This document shows, one piece after another, positions 54,241-64,000 of a stretch of DNA of 64,000 bases. Under the pieces are notes generated by a model, which was given only the letters and a program-made list of their open reading frames with translations, had not been told where the DNA came from and did not search any database. The stretch is from a virus: IMG/VR virus record IMGVR_UViG_3300045988_173968; one strand, given 5' to 3'. Both the position numbers and the translations under genes were made by a program. Position 1 is the stretch's first letter. Every line of letters begins with the position of its first letter.

Positions 54241-54562
54241 TTTTGATGACACTTTGTTTTGGACAGATTACTACAGTTATGAATACGAGCCGAACTGGCC
54301 GGTGATCAATTATGTCCGTAAGCGCCAGAAAGAAGGGTGGATCATCATCCTGTGGACTTGTCGGTATAGAGAGGAAGCTGTGGCAGAAGCAGTAGCAAAG
54401 TGTGAAGAGTACGGGATTAAACCTGACTATGTAAATGAAAACGCCGCCCAAACGATTGAGCGGTATGGCGACCCAAGAAAAATTTTGTGTGACGAGCTGA
54501 TTGATGATACGGTTCGGCACACGGTAAAGGAGATTTATAAGAATGTAGGGAATCTATTATGA
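54215..54562 (+). CDS. HAD-like phosphatase-fold protein (paralog 2)
   Basis: ILAVDFDDTLF (DxDxT). Confidence 0.5.
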   Translation: MRRKILAVDFDDTLFWTDYYSYEYEPNWPVINYVRKRQKEGWIIILWTCRYREEAVAEAVAKCEEYGIKPDYVNENAAQTIERYGDPRKILCDELIDDTVRHTVKEIYKNVGNLL

Positions 54563-54593
54563 AAGCAATGACGGTACCTCTCGGAAGATTGGG

Positions 54594-54755
54594 ATGGTGA
54601 GTAAGTTTGATGACTATTGGGATATAGTCAAAAAGGACTTCGCTGTACGAGGGATAACTCCGTACTATTACCGCTACTGGGGCGATGAGAACGAGATGAC
54701 TGTTGATTTCGGGAGCTGGTCAACATTCATTAAGGTGCGGAAGGAGGAACCGTGA
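54594..54755 (+). CDS. Hypothetical small protein (53 aa)
   Basis: MVSKFDDYWDIVKKDFAVRGITPYYYRYWG.. Its stop overlaps the next start. Confidence 0.35.
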   Translation: MVSKFDDYWDIVKKDFAVRGITPYYYRYWGDENEMTVDFGSWSTFIKVRKEEP

Positions 54756-55324
54756 TGAACTACTATATTGCTGACACCCACTTTGGGCACCGCAATATCA
54801 TCAACTTTGATGGTCGCCCTTTCCACGACATTACTGAAATGAAGCTTGCGTTGATTGCTCGCTGGAATAAACGAGTTACCAGCGAGGATACCGTATTTAT
54901 CCTTGGCGACTTTTGCTGGGGTAAGGCCCCGGAGTGGATAGAACTGCTTTCTGCTTTGAACGGCAATAAGGTTCTCATTCGTGGCAACCACGACCTGCGA
55001 AATATGCCGGCTGAGCTTCGTCATATGTTTGCCGATGTGAAGGACTACAAGGAGGTAAAGGACGGGGATAGACTGGTCATTATGTGCCACTACCCTATCC
55101 CCTGCTATAAAAAGGACTATGACCCGAATGTATACATGCTCCACGGACATGTCCACGAAACGCAGGAGTGGGCTCACACTCACACCATTGTGAGCTTTAT
55201 GAAAGAATCCAATCCGGGAAAGTATCAAGGTAATGTGTACAATGTCGGAGCAATGATGGATTACATGGACTACACTCCAAGAATTCTGGACGAAATCATT
55301 GCCGGAGGAAGCAAATATTATTAA
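54755..55324 (+). CDS. Calcineurin-like metallophosphoesterase
   Basis: IADTHFGH, ILGDFCW, IRGNHD, CHYP and LHGHVH. Confidence 0.8.
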   Translation: MNYYIADTHFGHRNIINFDGRPFHDITEMKLALIARWNKRVTSEDTVFILGDFCWGKAPEWIELLSALNGNKVLIRGNHDLRNMPAELRHMFADVKDYKEVKDGDRLVIMCHYPIPCYKKDYDPNVYMLHGHVHETQEWAHTHTIVSFMKESNPGKYQGNVYNVGAMMDYMDYTPRILDEIIAGGSKYY

Positions 55325-55342
55325 GAAAGGACTACATAAATT

Positions 55343-55603
55343 ATGAAGTACCGAAAGCTCCCTGTTGTAATCGAAGCATTTAAGCTCGGATCTCAGCCAA
55401 CTCCCCCATGGTTCCTTAACGCTGTACGGGATGGTCGCGTACAGATGCACTACGATGAGAAATTGTGGTGTGAGGTAAATACGCTGGAAGGTATTATGAC
55501 AGCTTCCCAGTGTGAAGACTACATAGTGCAAGGCATAGACGGCGAACTCTATCCTTGCAAAGCAAACATATTTGAGAAAACATATGAGGAGGTCGTTGAA
55601 TGA
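55343..55603 (+). CDS. PGDYG-like domain phage protein
   Basis: [28 protein letters not shown] matches the recalled pattern. Confidence 0.45.
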   Translation: MKYRKLPVVIEAFKLGSQPTPPWFLNAVRDGRVQMHYDEKLWCEVNTLEGIMTASQCEDYIVQGIDGELYPCKANIFEKTYEEVVE

Positions 55604-56103
55604 GTGTAGTTTGTGCGAGAAAGTATGAAGATAAAATAATTATGGCTGCTGACTCGATTCTTTGCCAAGGCGATATGAAACGCACAAAAGGGGATGTCGT
55701 AAAGCTTCGCTCTATCAATGGAATGGGGATTGGCGGATGTGGGATGGCGCAGGAGATTAGCCTTATGTTTCGGTTTGCTGATACTCACCTCCCATCTTCC
55801 GCTACAGAAGCTGGAATGCAGGATTTTATCGTTGAGTTTTCCAAATAGAAGCATGGTTACGATGGAGATTATAGTGTCGAAAATGTATATCTGATTACAT
55901 ACAAGGGCCATTTATTCTGTGTTGAAGATTTTCTCGTTTATGAGGTGAAAGAATACGAAGCTATCGGAGCCGGAATGTATTACGGTTTGACTGCTTTGTA
56001 TCTTGGACACACGCCAAGAGAAGCCGTAAAAGTATCGTGTGACCTGTGCTGCTATGTGGCAGAGCCAATTATTGAGGTAGAGTTCCCGAGAGAGGAGGAA
56101 TGA
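55600..56103 (+). CDS. Hypothetical protein (possible Ntn-hydrolase or proteasome-like fold) read through one TAG
   Basis: Track ORF 55600-55848 continues in frame after TAG 55846-55848 (..EFSK[TAG][18 protein letters not shown]..) to a TGA at 56101. Confidence 0.45.
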
Positions 56104-56205
56104 CCAAGTGGATAACGATTACATCGTCGATGTGAATACTCGGGACGGCAGCCGATTTATGGCTGAGTAGAATGAGTACATAGAAGAATGGGAGGGTGAG
56201 CAACA

Positions 56206-59013
56206 GTGAGCTTAACTGACCAGATAAATATCTATGCCGTAGATTCTGACGCATTCTACAACGAGGAAGAACGGGATATCAGTATTCAGCTCAATAATCT
56301 GCGCACCAGAAAGAAGAATTTGAAAGAGGAGTTACGAATTGCTGAGCAGTTTCTGGGTGGTTCCCTTCCGGAGAAGTCATAGGCTACCCGATATCGTGAG
56401 ATATACCGGTTGCGTAAGGAAATTGAGATTGACCCGCCTACACAGGATGTGGTTGAGATTCTCAATGAGCAAATTGCTACCTTGACCCCTATTATCACGG
56501 GGCTCAAAAACGAGCTTAAGGATAAACTGGAGAGCCATTCCGGAATTCGCGCCCTTGACCCTCGTGCGCTCTCCCCTAAAAATGTTATATCGGTGTTTGA
56601 ATCCGCCATGACAAGAGTGTTTGGCTTCGAGAAGGATCAGTTATACGATGATGTAATTGTTGTTCGGGCGTATTACTACGAGGTGCTGAAAGACATCATG
56701 CGGGATGGATTTCTTCACAATGGTGAGCGGTATGTGGTGTTTACGGCATCCGCAGGACAGATCCGAACCAAAAGAACCGTCTTTGTTAAGGAATCTCTGC
56801 TTGAGAAGCATCGTCTGACACTCATGTGTGGGCTTACGGTTGACCATATCAATGAGCTGGGCGGTGTCAATGTCAATAAGTATCTGGCTTATTTGGCTTT
56901 GAGTAACTCTGCCACTGATATTTGGGAAGGGTTCGATATTGATAAGTCCATCGTTGTAGAAGACTTTGAGACGCTCGTAAATGGCACCGTAGACTACATT
57001 GATGGTACTACATATGAAATCACTCGCAAGGAAATGGGCGTTCCCATAACGCACACAGATGGCTGTGGAATGATGCTGCCGAGCATCAGTTGGAAGAACA
57101 TGATGGTGCGGCTCCCATGGGTAAAGGGATTGCTCGCCTCTTTCGACTTCAAGAAGTTCATTCGAGAGGCTAATGAGAGAGAACCGGAGATAAACCATGG
57201 TCTCGTCAGAGATATCTACGGCAAAGAATGGGATATTCTGCGAGACGATATCCGTTGTATTTTCACTAAGAGTCAGTTCAAAATGTAGAAATATTACGAC
57301 AATTGGCAGGATTATGTCGATAAATTTAAACATTATGGGTGTCTGGCGTGTAAGTGCAACGAAGAAGAGAGCTTCATCCCCAACGCCAAACTGAACTACC
57401 AGATGTTGCAGACTCTGACCGATATATCAGATGAGGAGTTGCGGGCTCTCGCTGAAAAGTCAGTCAAAAAGCTGGACAACATTGCAGCGGATAAGGATAC
57501 CATGCTCCGAGTATTTGGTGTTAAGGACAGCAACCGAGAGAAGAATCACTTTCAGAAATGTGTCGGTATCTATAATGAACTTCTCTGCCAGGAGTATTCC
57601 AAGGAAACCTTAAAACAGATAAAAAAGAGCCTCGTCAATGACTATCGGGCGGGAAAATTTGATGTTGATGGCAAATATCTGTTTATTATTCCGGATCTGT
57701 ACGCATTTTGCGAGCATCTGTTCCTTGGCATTGAAGTGCCGCAGGGGCTGCTTAAGGACGGTGAAGTGTCGGCAAGAGTGTTCGCCAAGCGGGAGAAGCT
57801 GGATTGCCTGCGGAGTCCACACCTCTACCGCGAGCATGGTGTTCGCCGTAATGTGGTCAACGAGGATACGAAGAAGTGGTTCCGTACTGATGCTCTTTAT
57901 ACAAGCTCTTATGATTTAATTAGCAAATTATTGCAATTCGATTGCGACGGAGATAAGAGCTTAGTGGTCGCTGACGAACTATTTGTCAGCATAGCAGAAC
58001 GAAACATGCATGGTATTGTCCCCCTCTATTACGAGATGGCGAAGGCGGGACAGATGCATATTGACAATATGAAGATCTACGATGGTTTGCAGGCTGCCTA
58101 CAGCGGTGGCAATATCGGTGAGATCAGCAATACTATTACGAAGATTTGGAACAGTGGCGAAATGACGCAGGATAAACTTGATGTGATTAAGTGGTTATGC
58201 TTCGAGAATAATGCAACAATTGATTACGCAAAAACATTGTAGAAGCCCATCCGCCCACATTATGTTGATAAAGCCATTAAATCCTGCGCCAACTATAAGC
58301 CACCCCAATTCTTTATTTACGCTAAAGATAAAACCCAGGAACAAGTAGAACCACGCAATGACAGCATCGTCAACAAGTTGTTTGACATTATCCCCGATAA
58401 GAGAATGCGTTTTACGGCTGCCAACCTCGGGAAGTTCGATTATAAGGTACTGATGCGAAATCCCATCGTTTCTATTGACCCTCGTGTCATTGAGAAATTC
58501 AAAGATCTTGACGCCAGAAAGAACTTGTCTTTGTCTTACGGTTCCAACGAGGAGAACTATGCATTCTTCCGTACAACCGTTAGATGTGAGCTGTATGCTA
58601 TTAACCCGAATGTGAACGCCGTCTGTGATATGCTTGTGGCTCACTTCTTCCGGGACAAGAAAAGTAAGAGCCTTAATACATTCTGGCTGTGCTATGGTGA
58701 CATAGTGTTCCAGAATATTCGAAACAACATCGAGAAAGATTACATACAGTGCAGTTGCTGCGGCAAACGGTTCTGGAGAACCTCTTATAAGAACCAGATT
58801 TGCGAGGCATGCATTGAGAAGATGTCTAATCCAAATCTGCCAAAACCAATTAGATACAAGGTAAAGGTCTGCATTGATTGTGGTAAAGAGTTCAAGACAG
58901 TTTCTACCGCAAGACGAGCTTGTCGTTGCACCGAGTGTAGCAAAATACGGAAGAGGAAAAATACAGCTAAGCGCGTATCACTCTTCCGGAGCAAAGAAAG
59001 TAACGCTTTATAA
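56206..59013 (+). CDS. YonO-like single-subunit two-barrel RNA polymerase (935 aa) read through three TAGs
   Basis: Three track ORFs (56410-57288, 57403-58242, 58378-59013) plus a 5' segment share one frame, joined by TAGs at 56380, 57286 and 58240. Metal-binding motif QFDCDGDK (DxDGD). C-terminal Zn ribbons. GTG start. Confidence 0.6.
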
Positions 59014-59234
59014 AAAAAGCGAGAAGTCCATAAAACCGCTTAAAATAAGGCTTTTTTGTCTCCGTTATTATTTAAAAATGCCGAAAAGTGCCTATTTCAA
59101 CGCATTTATCGGCATTTTCATTAAATTACAATACGGGAGGCTAATGGGCGAATTGTATGAATGTGAAGCCGCTTGTTCCCCACACTCTGGGCGGAGCAGC
59201 AACTCCGCCCGGTCAGCCACACCCGCCCACCGTT

Positions 59235-59300
59235 GGCGGCAATACAAATGAACGGCTCGATAAATACCGTCCGCTTACCACCACCGGCGGCAATACAAAT
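59235..59300. repeat. Two 15-bp direct repeats GGCGGCAATACAAAT (59235-59249 and 59286-59300) in the 470-nt spacer after the RNAP gene
   Basis: Read directly from the sequence. Each is preceded by CCACCG. Function unknown. Confidence 0.6.
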
Positions 59301-59484
59301 TGGTGGTTTAAAACAGAACAGGACTTCCTGGCACGCGCTGCAAGGCAGTGAAACACAGGGAGACATTTTGCTTAAAAGGGAGCGGTGCGCGTACACTGCT
59401 CCCCTATTCTTTATCTGCTATGGGATGGCTGACCAATAAACAGCCAAGGCTATATGCCGTAATATTTAAGGAGATTAAATTAAA

Positions 59485-59688
59485 GTGTTTAAGATCGGAA
59501 AAGATGAAGTAAAGGCGGTGCAGAAGCTTGCACCAAAAAACAAACTCAAGGTGTTGTCTCGCCGCAAGAATTCCAGAGGGCATACATACCTCGTTCTTGA
59601 TGATGATTATGATACCCTGCGCGTTCTCTCAAGCCTTCGTGGCAAGTCTATCCGAGACATCCTGGCGGACGAGTACCGCTACATTTAA
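59485..59688 (+). CDS. Hypothetical protein
   Basis: Track ORF with a GTG start and an AAGGAG RBS. Confidence 0.45.
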   Translation: MFKIGKDEVKAVQKLAPKNKLKVLSRRKNSRGHTYLVLDDDYDTLRVLSSLRGKSIRDILADEYRYI

Positions 59689-59699
59689 GGAGGTCTGGC

Positions 59700-60983
59700 A
59701 TGATAGATTTCAAGAGAAAGGAAAACGAAACAGAAAATCAGTACCTGTGGCGGGTTGGCGTAGCTATTGAAAATGGTTCTGCTGGACTGACATAGGATGA
59801 GGCTGCTCCGCTTATCAATAAGGAATGGCGCGAAGATGAATCTGAATATCGTACATCTTCTGCTTACCGTAAGCCGGTGCAGTATGCCCTCCGTTTTATG
59901 GAGGACGGTGTGTTTGATGGCAAGAAGGATGGATTGTCCGAAGAACTAATCGAACAGAAATACGAGCTGACCAAGGAGCGTATGCGTCTGCGTGATGAGC
60001 GTCGAGCAATCAACGACCGCCTGCGGTCTGCCGCTCGCTTAGATCACCGTCTGGATTACCTCGGTGAACTTATTGAGAGCAATGGCCATGCGTCTTTTGG
60101 CAATATCCAGTTGCCGGAGCAGAGAACTATCAATCGCCGTAAGGCTGACATTATTGTTTCTTTGGCTGATTTGCACATCGGCGCATCATACTATAATTAT
60201 AATGGTGTGTATGACAGCGAGATGGCAAAGAAACGGCTTGTAGAATACTTGTCGTATGTCAAGGAAATAAAGGATACACACGACCCAGAGAATTGCCACA
60301 TCGTAATTCTCGGTGATTGCATTTCCGGCAATATACATAAGAATCTATCCGTTACGAATGGCGAGAGTGTTGTAGCACAGATTCAGCTCATGTGCGACTA
60401 TGTGAGCGAGTTCTGCGGCAGAGTTGGCGAGATGTTCGGTCAGACTGGCGGCAATGTAACTATTCATTGTGTTGCTGGAAACCATACTCGTCTCGATAAG
60501 AAGGAAGATGCTCTTCACGACGAGCGCCTGGATGATTTACTTCTTTGGTATCTGAGCAGATTCTTTGCAAAGGTTCCCAATGTGTCCGTTTCCGAAGAGC
60601 GCCTCGATAACGGGATTGACCAATTCATTATTCGTGGTCGTAGCTATGTCGCAGTGCATGGCGATTTCGACGGCTTCAACGAAGCTGGCGTATCCAAACT
60701 GGCGATGTTCCTTGGGTACAAACCAAATGTTGTACTGTATGGGCACAGGCACTTCCCTGCCATGACAGAATGTTCCGATGTGGTAATGGTGCAGAGCGGC
60801 AGCTTGGGCGGTAGCGGGGATCAGTTCACACTGGAGCATCGGATGCGTTCAATGCCTGCTCAGTCCGTTCTCGTTGTTAATAGCGATGGCGTTGTTGCTC
60901 ATTATCCTGTTAAGCTTGGTATTATTCCCTGTCTCTCCTACGACCTGGAAAAGTATCCTGCGGAGGAGGATGATATCCTGTGA
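59700..60983 (+). CDS. Protein with an N-terminal HTH-like region and a C-terminal Mre11/SbcD-like metallophosphoesterase domain, read through one TAG
   Basis: ATG at 59700 with a TAAGGAGG RBS. TAG at 59793-59795 (..SAGLT[TAG]DEAAPLINKEW..) is in frame with track ORF 59877-60983 (LADLHIG, ILGDCISG, VAGNHTR, YGHRH). Confidence 0.6.
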
Positions 60984-61303
60984 ACAAACATAAATTCATA
61001 CGCTATGTATCCGACGAAACAAGGATTCGCGTGAACGAGTGCGATTATATGGTCAACGCTATTCTCCGGTGTATTAAGGATGTGTTAGCAACCGGCGAAG
61101 ATCTCTACTTAAATGACTTTGGCAAATTCATTGTCGAGCGTCGAGACCCAAGGAAGTGCATTCTGCCAGATGGCGCTGAGTGTATGGCACCTGGCAAGAT
61201 CATTATTAAGTTTCGACCTTCGGTTTCTTTGAAGGAAGAAATGGAATATGTCCCTAATCCTGAAAATCTTCGCAAGAACGGTGGCGGAGACGCAGCTAAA
61301 TAA
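60980..61303 (+). CDS. HU/IHF-family DNA-binding protein
   Basis: LNDFGKFIVERRDPRKCILPDG..APGKIIIKFRPSVSLK matches the HU beta-arm pattern. Confidence 0.7.
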   Translation: MNKHKFIRYVSDETRIRVNECDYMVNAILRCIKDVLATGEDLYLNDFGKFIVERRDPRKCILPDGAECMAPGKIIIKFRPSVSLKEEMEYVPNPENLRKNGGGDAAK

Positions 61304-61390
61304 ATGTCTGGTGAACTTGTATTAAAGGTGTACCCTACCTTAGTGGGAGCTAAAAAAGCGGTGTTGCTCAGCCGAAATTGGGCAGAGTGA

Positions 61391-61418
61391 GGGAGCGTCC
61401 GAAATGGCGCTCCCTTTT
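61391..61418 (+). terminator. Rho-independent terminator after the HU-like gene
   Basis: GGGAGCG-N10-CGCTCCC followed by TTTT. Confidence 0.65.
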
Positions 61419-61446
61419 CATATGAGCGATTAAGAGGAGTGATTAA

Positions 61447-62574
61447 ATGACCGCACCTACAAAGAGGAGCCTTAAGCCAGCGATTGGTGCGGCTAAGGAA
61501 CCTGCTTTTGAAAAGCGAAATGAAAAGTACGAATGTGTTTGCTGCCACGAAGAAAAGAAGCCTACTGATTTCTACAAATCCCCTACTGCGGCGTTTTGGG
61601 ACTACCCCGGCAGCATTACACTTGTGTGCAAGCAATGCGTCCGTAAGCAGTTTGATCGTGATGTGGATCAATACGGTCTTGACAATGCAATTATGTTTAC
61701 CTGCTATCGTCTTGACCAGCCATATATCAAGTCAACTGCAGAGGATGTTAAGGTCAACACAAACCCGTTTGATATTGGTGTTTACCTTGGCTCTGTTTCT
61801 CGTGCTGCCTATACCGGCAAATCTTTCGCGTGGTCTCTCCTTTCCGGAGAAATTAACCGTGACGATGACAATAGTGTCAAGGAAGAGAGAGAAGATAAAT
61901 GGTCTAAGCGAGACCGCCAGAATATGAACTATGTCATATCGATTATTGGGTATGACCCGTTTGATGACGCTGGCCTTAGTAATATGGACAGAAAGTATTG
62001 CTACAATGTCCTTTCATCTTACCTTAATACACCTTATATTACGGACGATTCTCACAAGATGCAGTCCGTTATCCAGCTTACCAATACATTGTTGCAGGTT
62101 CGCAAGATTGACGAAGCAATCAACAGAGAGCAGCTGAAGGCAAACACTAATACCGATACTCTCACCAATATGGTCATGGCGAGAAAGAACCTGCAGACCA
62201 TTGTAAATGCCATTGTAAAAGACAACAATATTGCCTCGCAGTATTCCAAGGAAAAGACCGGCGGGGAAAATACCTTGACCGGCAAGATGCGGGAGCTAAC
62301 CAATAATGGCTATGAAGCAATGAAGGTTAATCTATTTGATATTAAAACCTCTGAGGCTATGAAGCAAATCGCTGATCTTAGTAACTCGAGCATCATGGAA
62401 CAGCTCTCTCTAGATGCCAACGACTATACCGAAATGCTGAAAGAGCAACGCACCATGCTGACTGACCTGCGAGAAAAGGCGGATGCGCTTGAGGAGGAAA
62501 ATAGACAGCTCAAGAATAATCTTGAAAATCTGATTTCGGAATCATCAGCTAAGAGAAAGCGTGGTGGTTCATAA
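61447..62574 (+). CDS. Hypothetical protein immediately upstream of the large terminase (possible small terminase)
   Basis: Position, TAATG coupling to terL, an N-terminal Zn-ribbon (CVCC..CKQC) and a C-terminal coiled coil. Confidence 0.4.
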   Translation: MTAPTKRSLKPAIGAAKEPAFEKRNEKYECVCCHEEKKPTDFYKSPTAAFWDYPGSITLVCKQCVRKQFDRDVDQYGLDNAIMFTCYRLDQPYIKSTAEDVKVNTNPFDIGVYLGSVSRAAYTGKSFAWSLLSGEINRDDDNSVKEEREDKWSKRDRQNMNYVISIIGYDPFDDAGLSNMDRKYCYNVLSSYLNTPYITDDSHKMQSVIQLTNTLLQVRKIDEAINREQLKANTNTDTLTNMVMARKNLQTIVNAIVKDNNIASQYSKEKTGGENTLTGKMRELTNNGYEAMKVNLFDIKTSEAMKQIADLSNSSIMEQLSLDANDYTEMLKEQRTMLTDLREKADALEEENRQLKNNLENLISESSAKRKRGGS

Positions 62575-64000
62575 TGGAAATTTATGTGCCAACTACACCA
62601 TCCGAATGGTCTCAGCGCAAGGTCGAGGAATATGAAAAGGCGGCAAAAGTAATCAATTAGGGGCGAGAAAACCCTGTTCGCTTTGCGGAGGAAGTGTTCG
62701 GCATTGCCATGATCGACTATCAGAAGTGGTCTTTCATGGAGAGCTGGTGGCGGCCATATGTTCTTTGGCTCTGTAGCCGTTCAGCCGGTAAGACAACCGA
62801 GGCTGCAATCTTCTTGCAAACGAAGTGCTTCCTTATACCGAACTATACGGTCTGGATCTTTACAAACAGCGCCGGTCAGTCTATTGAGTGCTTCAAGAAA
62901 ATCGAGGATATCGCCTTGCAGAAGATTCCTTCATTTAGAACCTGTACGGACATCTTCGCTTCCGAAATCGAGAGAAACTCCAATTCCCCTACTGGGTTTA
63001 TTCATGACCCTGCGGGTCATCACTTCTCTCTGTTTAATAATTCTGGTGTGACTACCCTGTCTTCAAACCTTAACGCCATTCGTGGTAAGCGTGGTTCTAT
63101 ATTCTACGACGAGACTGGTTGGATGGGCAAAGAAGAATTTGCAACCACTGAACCATTCGCTTCACAGGACGCGAGTTGGGGTATCGGCGTCTCTAAAGGC
63201 CCTAAGTATTACGAGCCGCAGGCGATGCCTTTGCAGAGACTGTACGCTAGTTCCGCAAGTGATGTGACATATCCGTTTTACGAGAAGTATCGTGATTTCT
63301 CTAAGAAAATGATTCTTGGGCATCCTGACTACTTCGTTTGCGATATCAACGCTAACACTATTTTAGATTTCTCTACTCTTAATGGCGAACAGATCCCTTC
63401 TCACTTACAGCGAGAAGAAATCATCCGAAAGATGGACGAAGACCCGGATATGGCAGAGCGCGAATACTTCAACAAATTCTCAAAAGGCGGCGCTCAAAAC
63501 AGTGTTGTCCGTATGGAGACAATGATCCGGAACTCTTTTGTTTATCCTCCGGTTATGTGCAACGATACTGGTAAGCGTAAATTCATCTTTACATATGACC
63601 CTGCTCGCAACTTCGATGGAAGTGTCCTTTCTATTTTTGAGCTTATTGAGGACGAAAAAGTTGGATTGAAGTTGCGGTATGTGCGGTGTATTTCCTTTGT
63701 CGATACAGAAACGCGCAAGAAAACTCCATTGCCGATGAACGAGCAGGTCAAAATAATCAAAAAACTGCTCGTTGATTACAACGGGCCGAACGCTGCTGAC
63801 TGGGAAAATATCGAGGTTTATATCGATGCCGGTGCCGGTGGTGGCGGTATCTCTGCCGTGGCTGATAACCTTATGGAGGATTGGGAAGACAGTTCCGGGC
63901 AGGTGCATCGTGGCATGGTTGATCCGGAACATAAACAGTATGAGACTTCCAGGGCAAATTATCCTAATGCTCTTCCCTGCATTCATCTGATTGAACCTGC
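62574..64000 (+). CDS. terL: Terminase large subunit (3' end outside the window) read through one TAG
   Basis: Walker A CSRSAGKTT, Walker B SIFYDETGW, and a nuclease region YIDAGAGGGG. TAG at 62658-62660 (..AKVIN[TAG]GRENPVRF..). Absent from the ORF track because it is split and open-ended. Confidence 0.75.

Noticed and set aside
54674-55531. 285-aa minus-strand ORF, and similar ORFs at 56641-57333 and 58195-58644
   Set aside because: They lie antisense to the metallophosphoesterase and RNAP-like genes, which have clear catalytic motifs and RBSs. No motifs are present in these ORFs.
1-64000. CRISPR arrays, rRNA genes and TGA recoding
   Set aside because: No spaced direct-repeat array and no rRNA-like sequence were seen. 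TGA consistently ends genes with start-stop overlaps (ATGA, GTGA), so only TAG shows in-frame use.

Overview
This window looks like most of a temperate phage or prophage of a low-GC Firmicute. A tyrosine integrase and excisionase module and a probable host gene fragment sit at the left edge (1-1.8 kb). From 1.6 to 49.3 kb the genes are tightly packed on the minus strand. They include nucleotide metabolism (dUTPase, NrdD/NrdG, ThyX, SHMT), a replisome (intein-containing Pol III alpha, primase-helicase, PD-(D/E)XK nuclease, SSB, Sak4-like ATPase), and a long accessory region of small genes, tRNAs and noncoding RNA-like modules. A noncoding, repeat-bearing and partly GC-rich region at 49.3-51.5 kb marks a strand switch. 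From 51.5 to 64 kb the genes run on the plus strand: a recombinase, phosphoesterases, a YonO-like single-subunit RNA polymerase, an HU-like protein and a large terminase that runs off the window. Four observations stand out. (1) At least 15 in-frame TAG codons interrupt otherwise intact conserved genes while almost every gene ends in TAA or TGA, so TAG appears to be read as sense; a tRNA-shaped gene with a CUCUAAA (CUA) anticodon loop lies at 17023-17100. (2) About 12 small proteins share a C-terminal tail (F-E-D/E-E-L-M/L-x-L-L-G-G, some with short extensions after GG) and surround an E1-like (ThiF) / JAB-JAMM / 450-aa operon. (3) A retron-like reverse transcriptase lies next to three noncoding modules, each bounded by 8-9 bp inverted repeats followed by a G. 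(4) A tRNA island contains two aberrant tRNA-like elements and a roughly 460-nt structured spacer. All family names come from motif recognition by eye and no searches were run. Coordinates of features absent from the ORF track were hand-counted and may be off by 1-2 nt.
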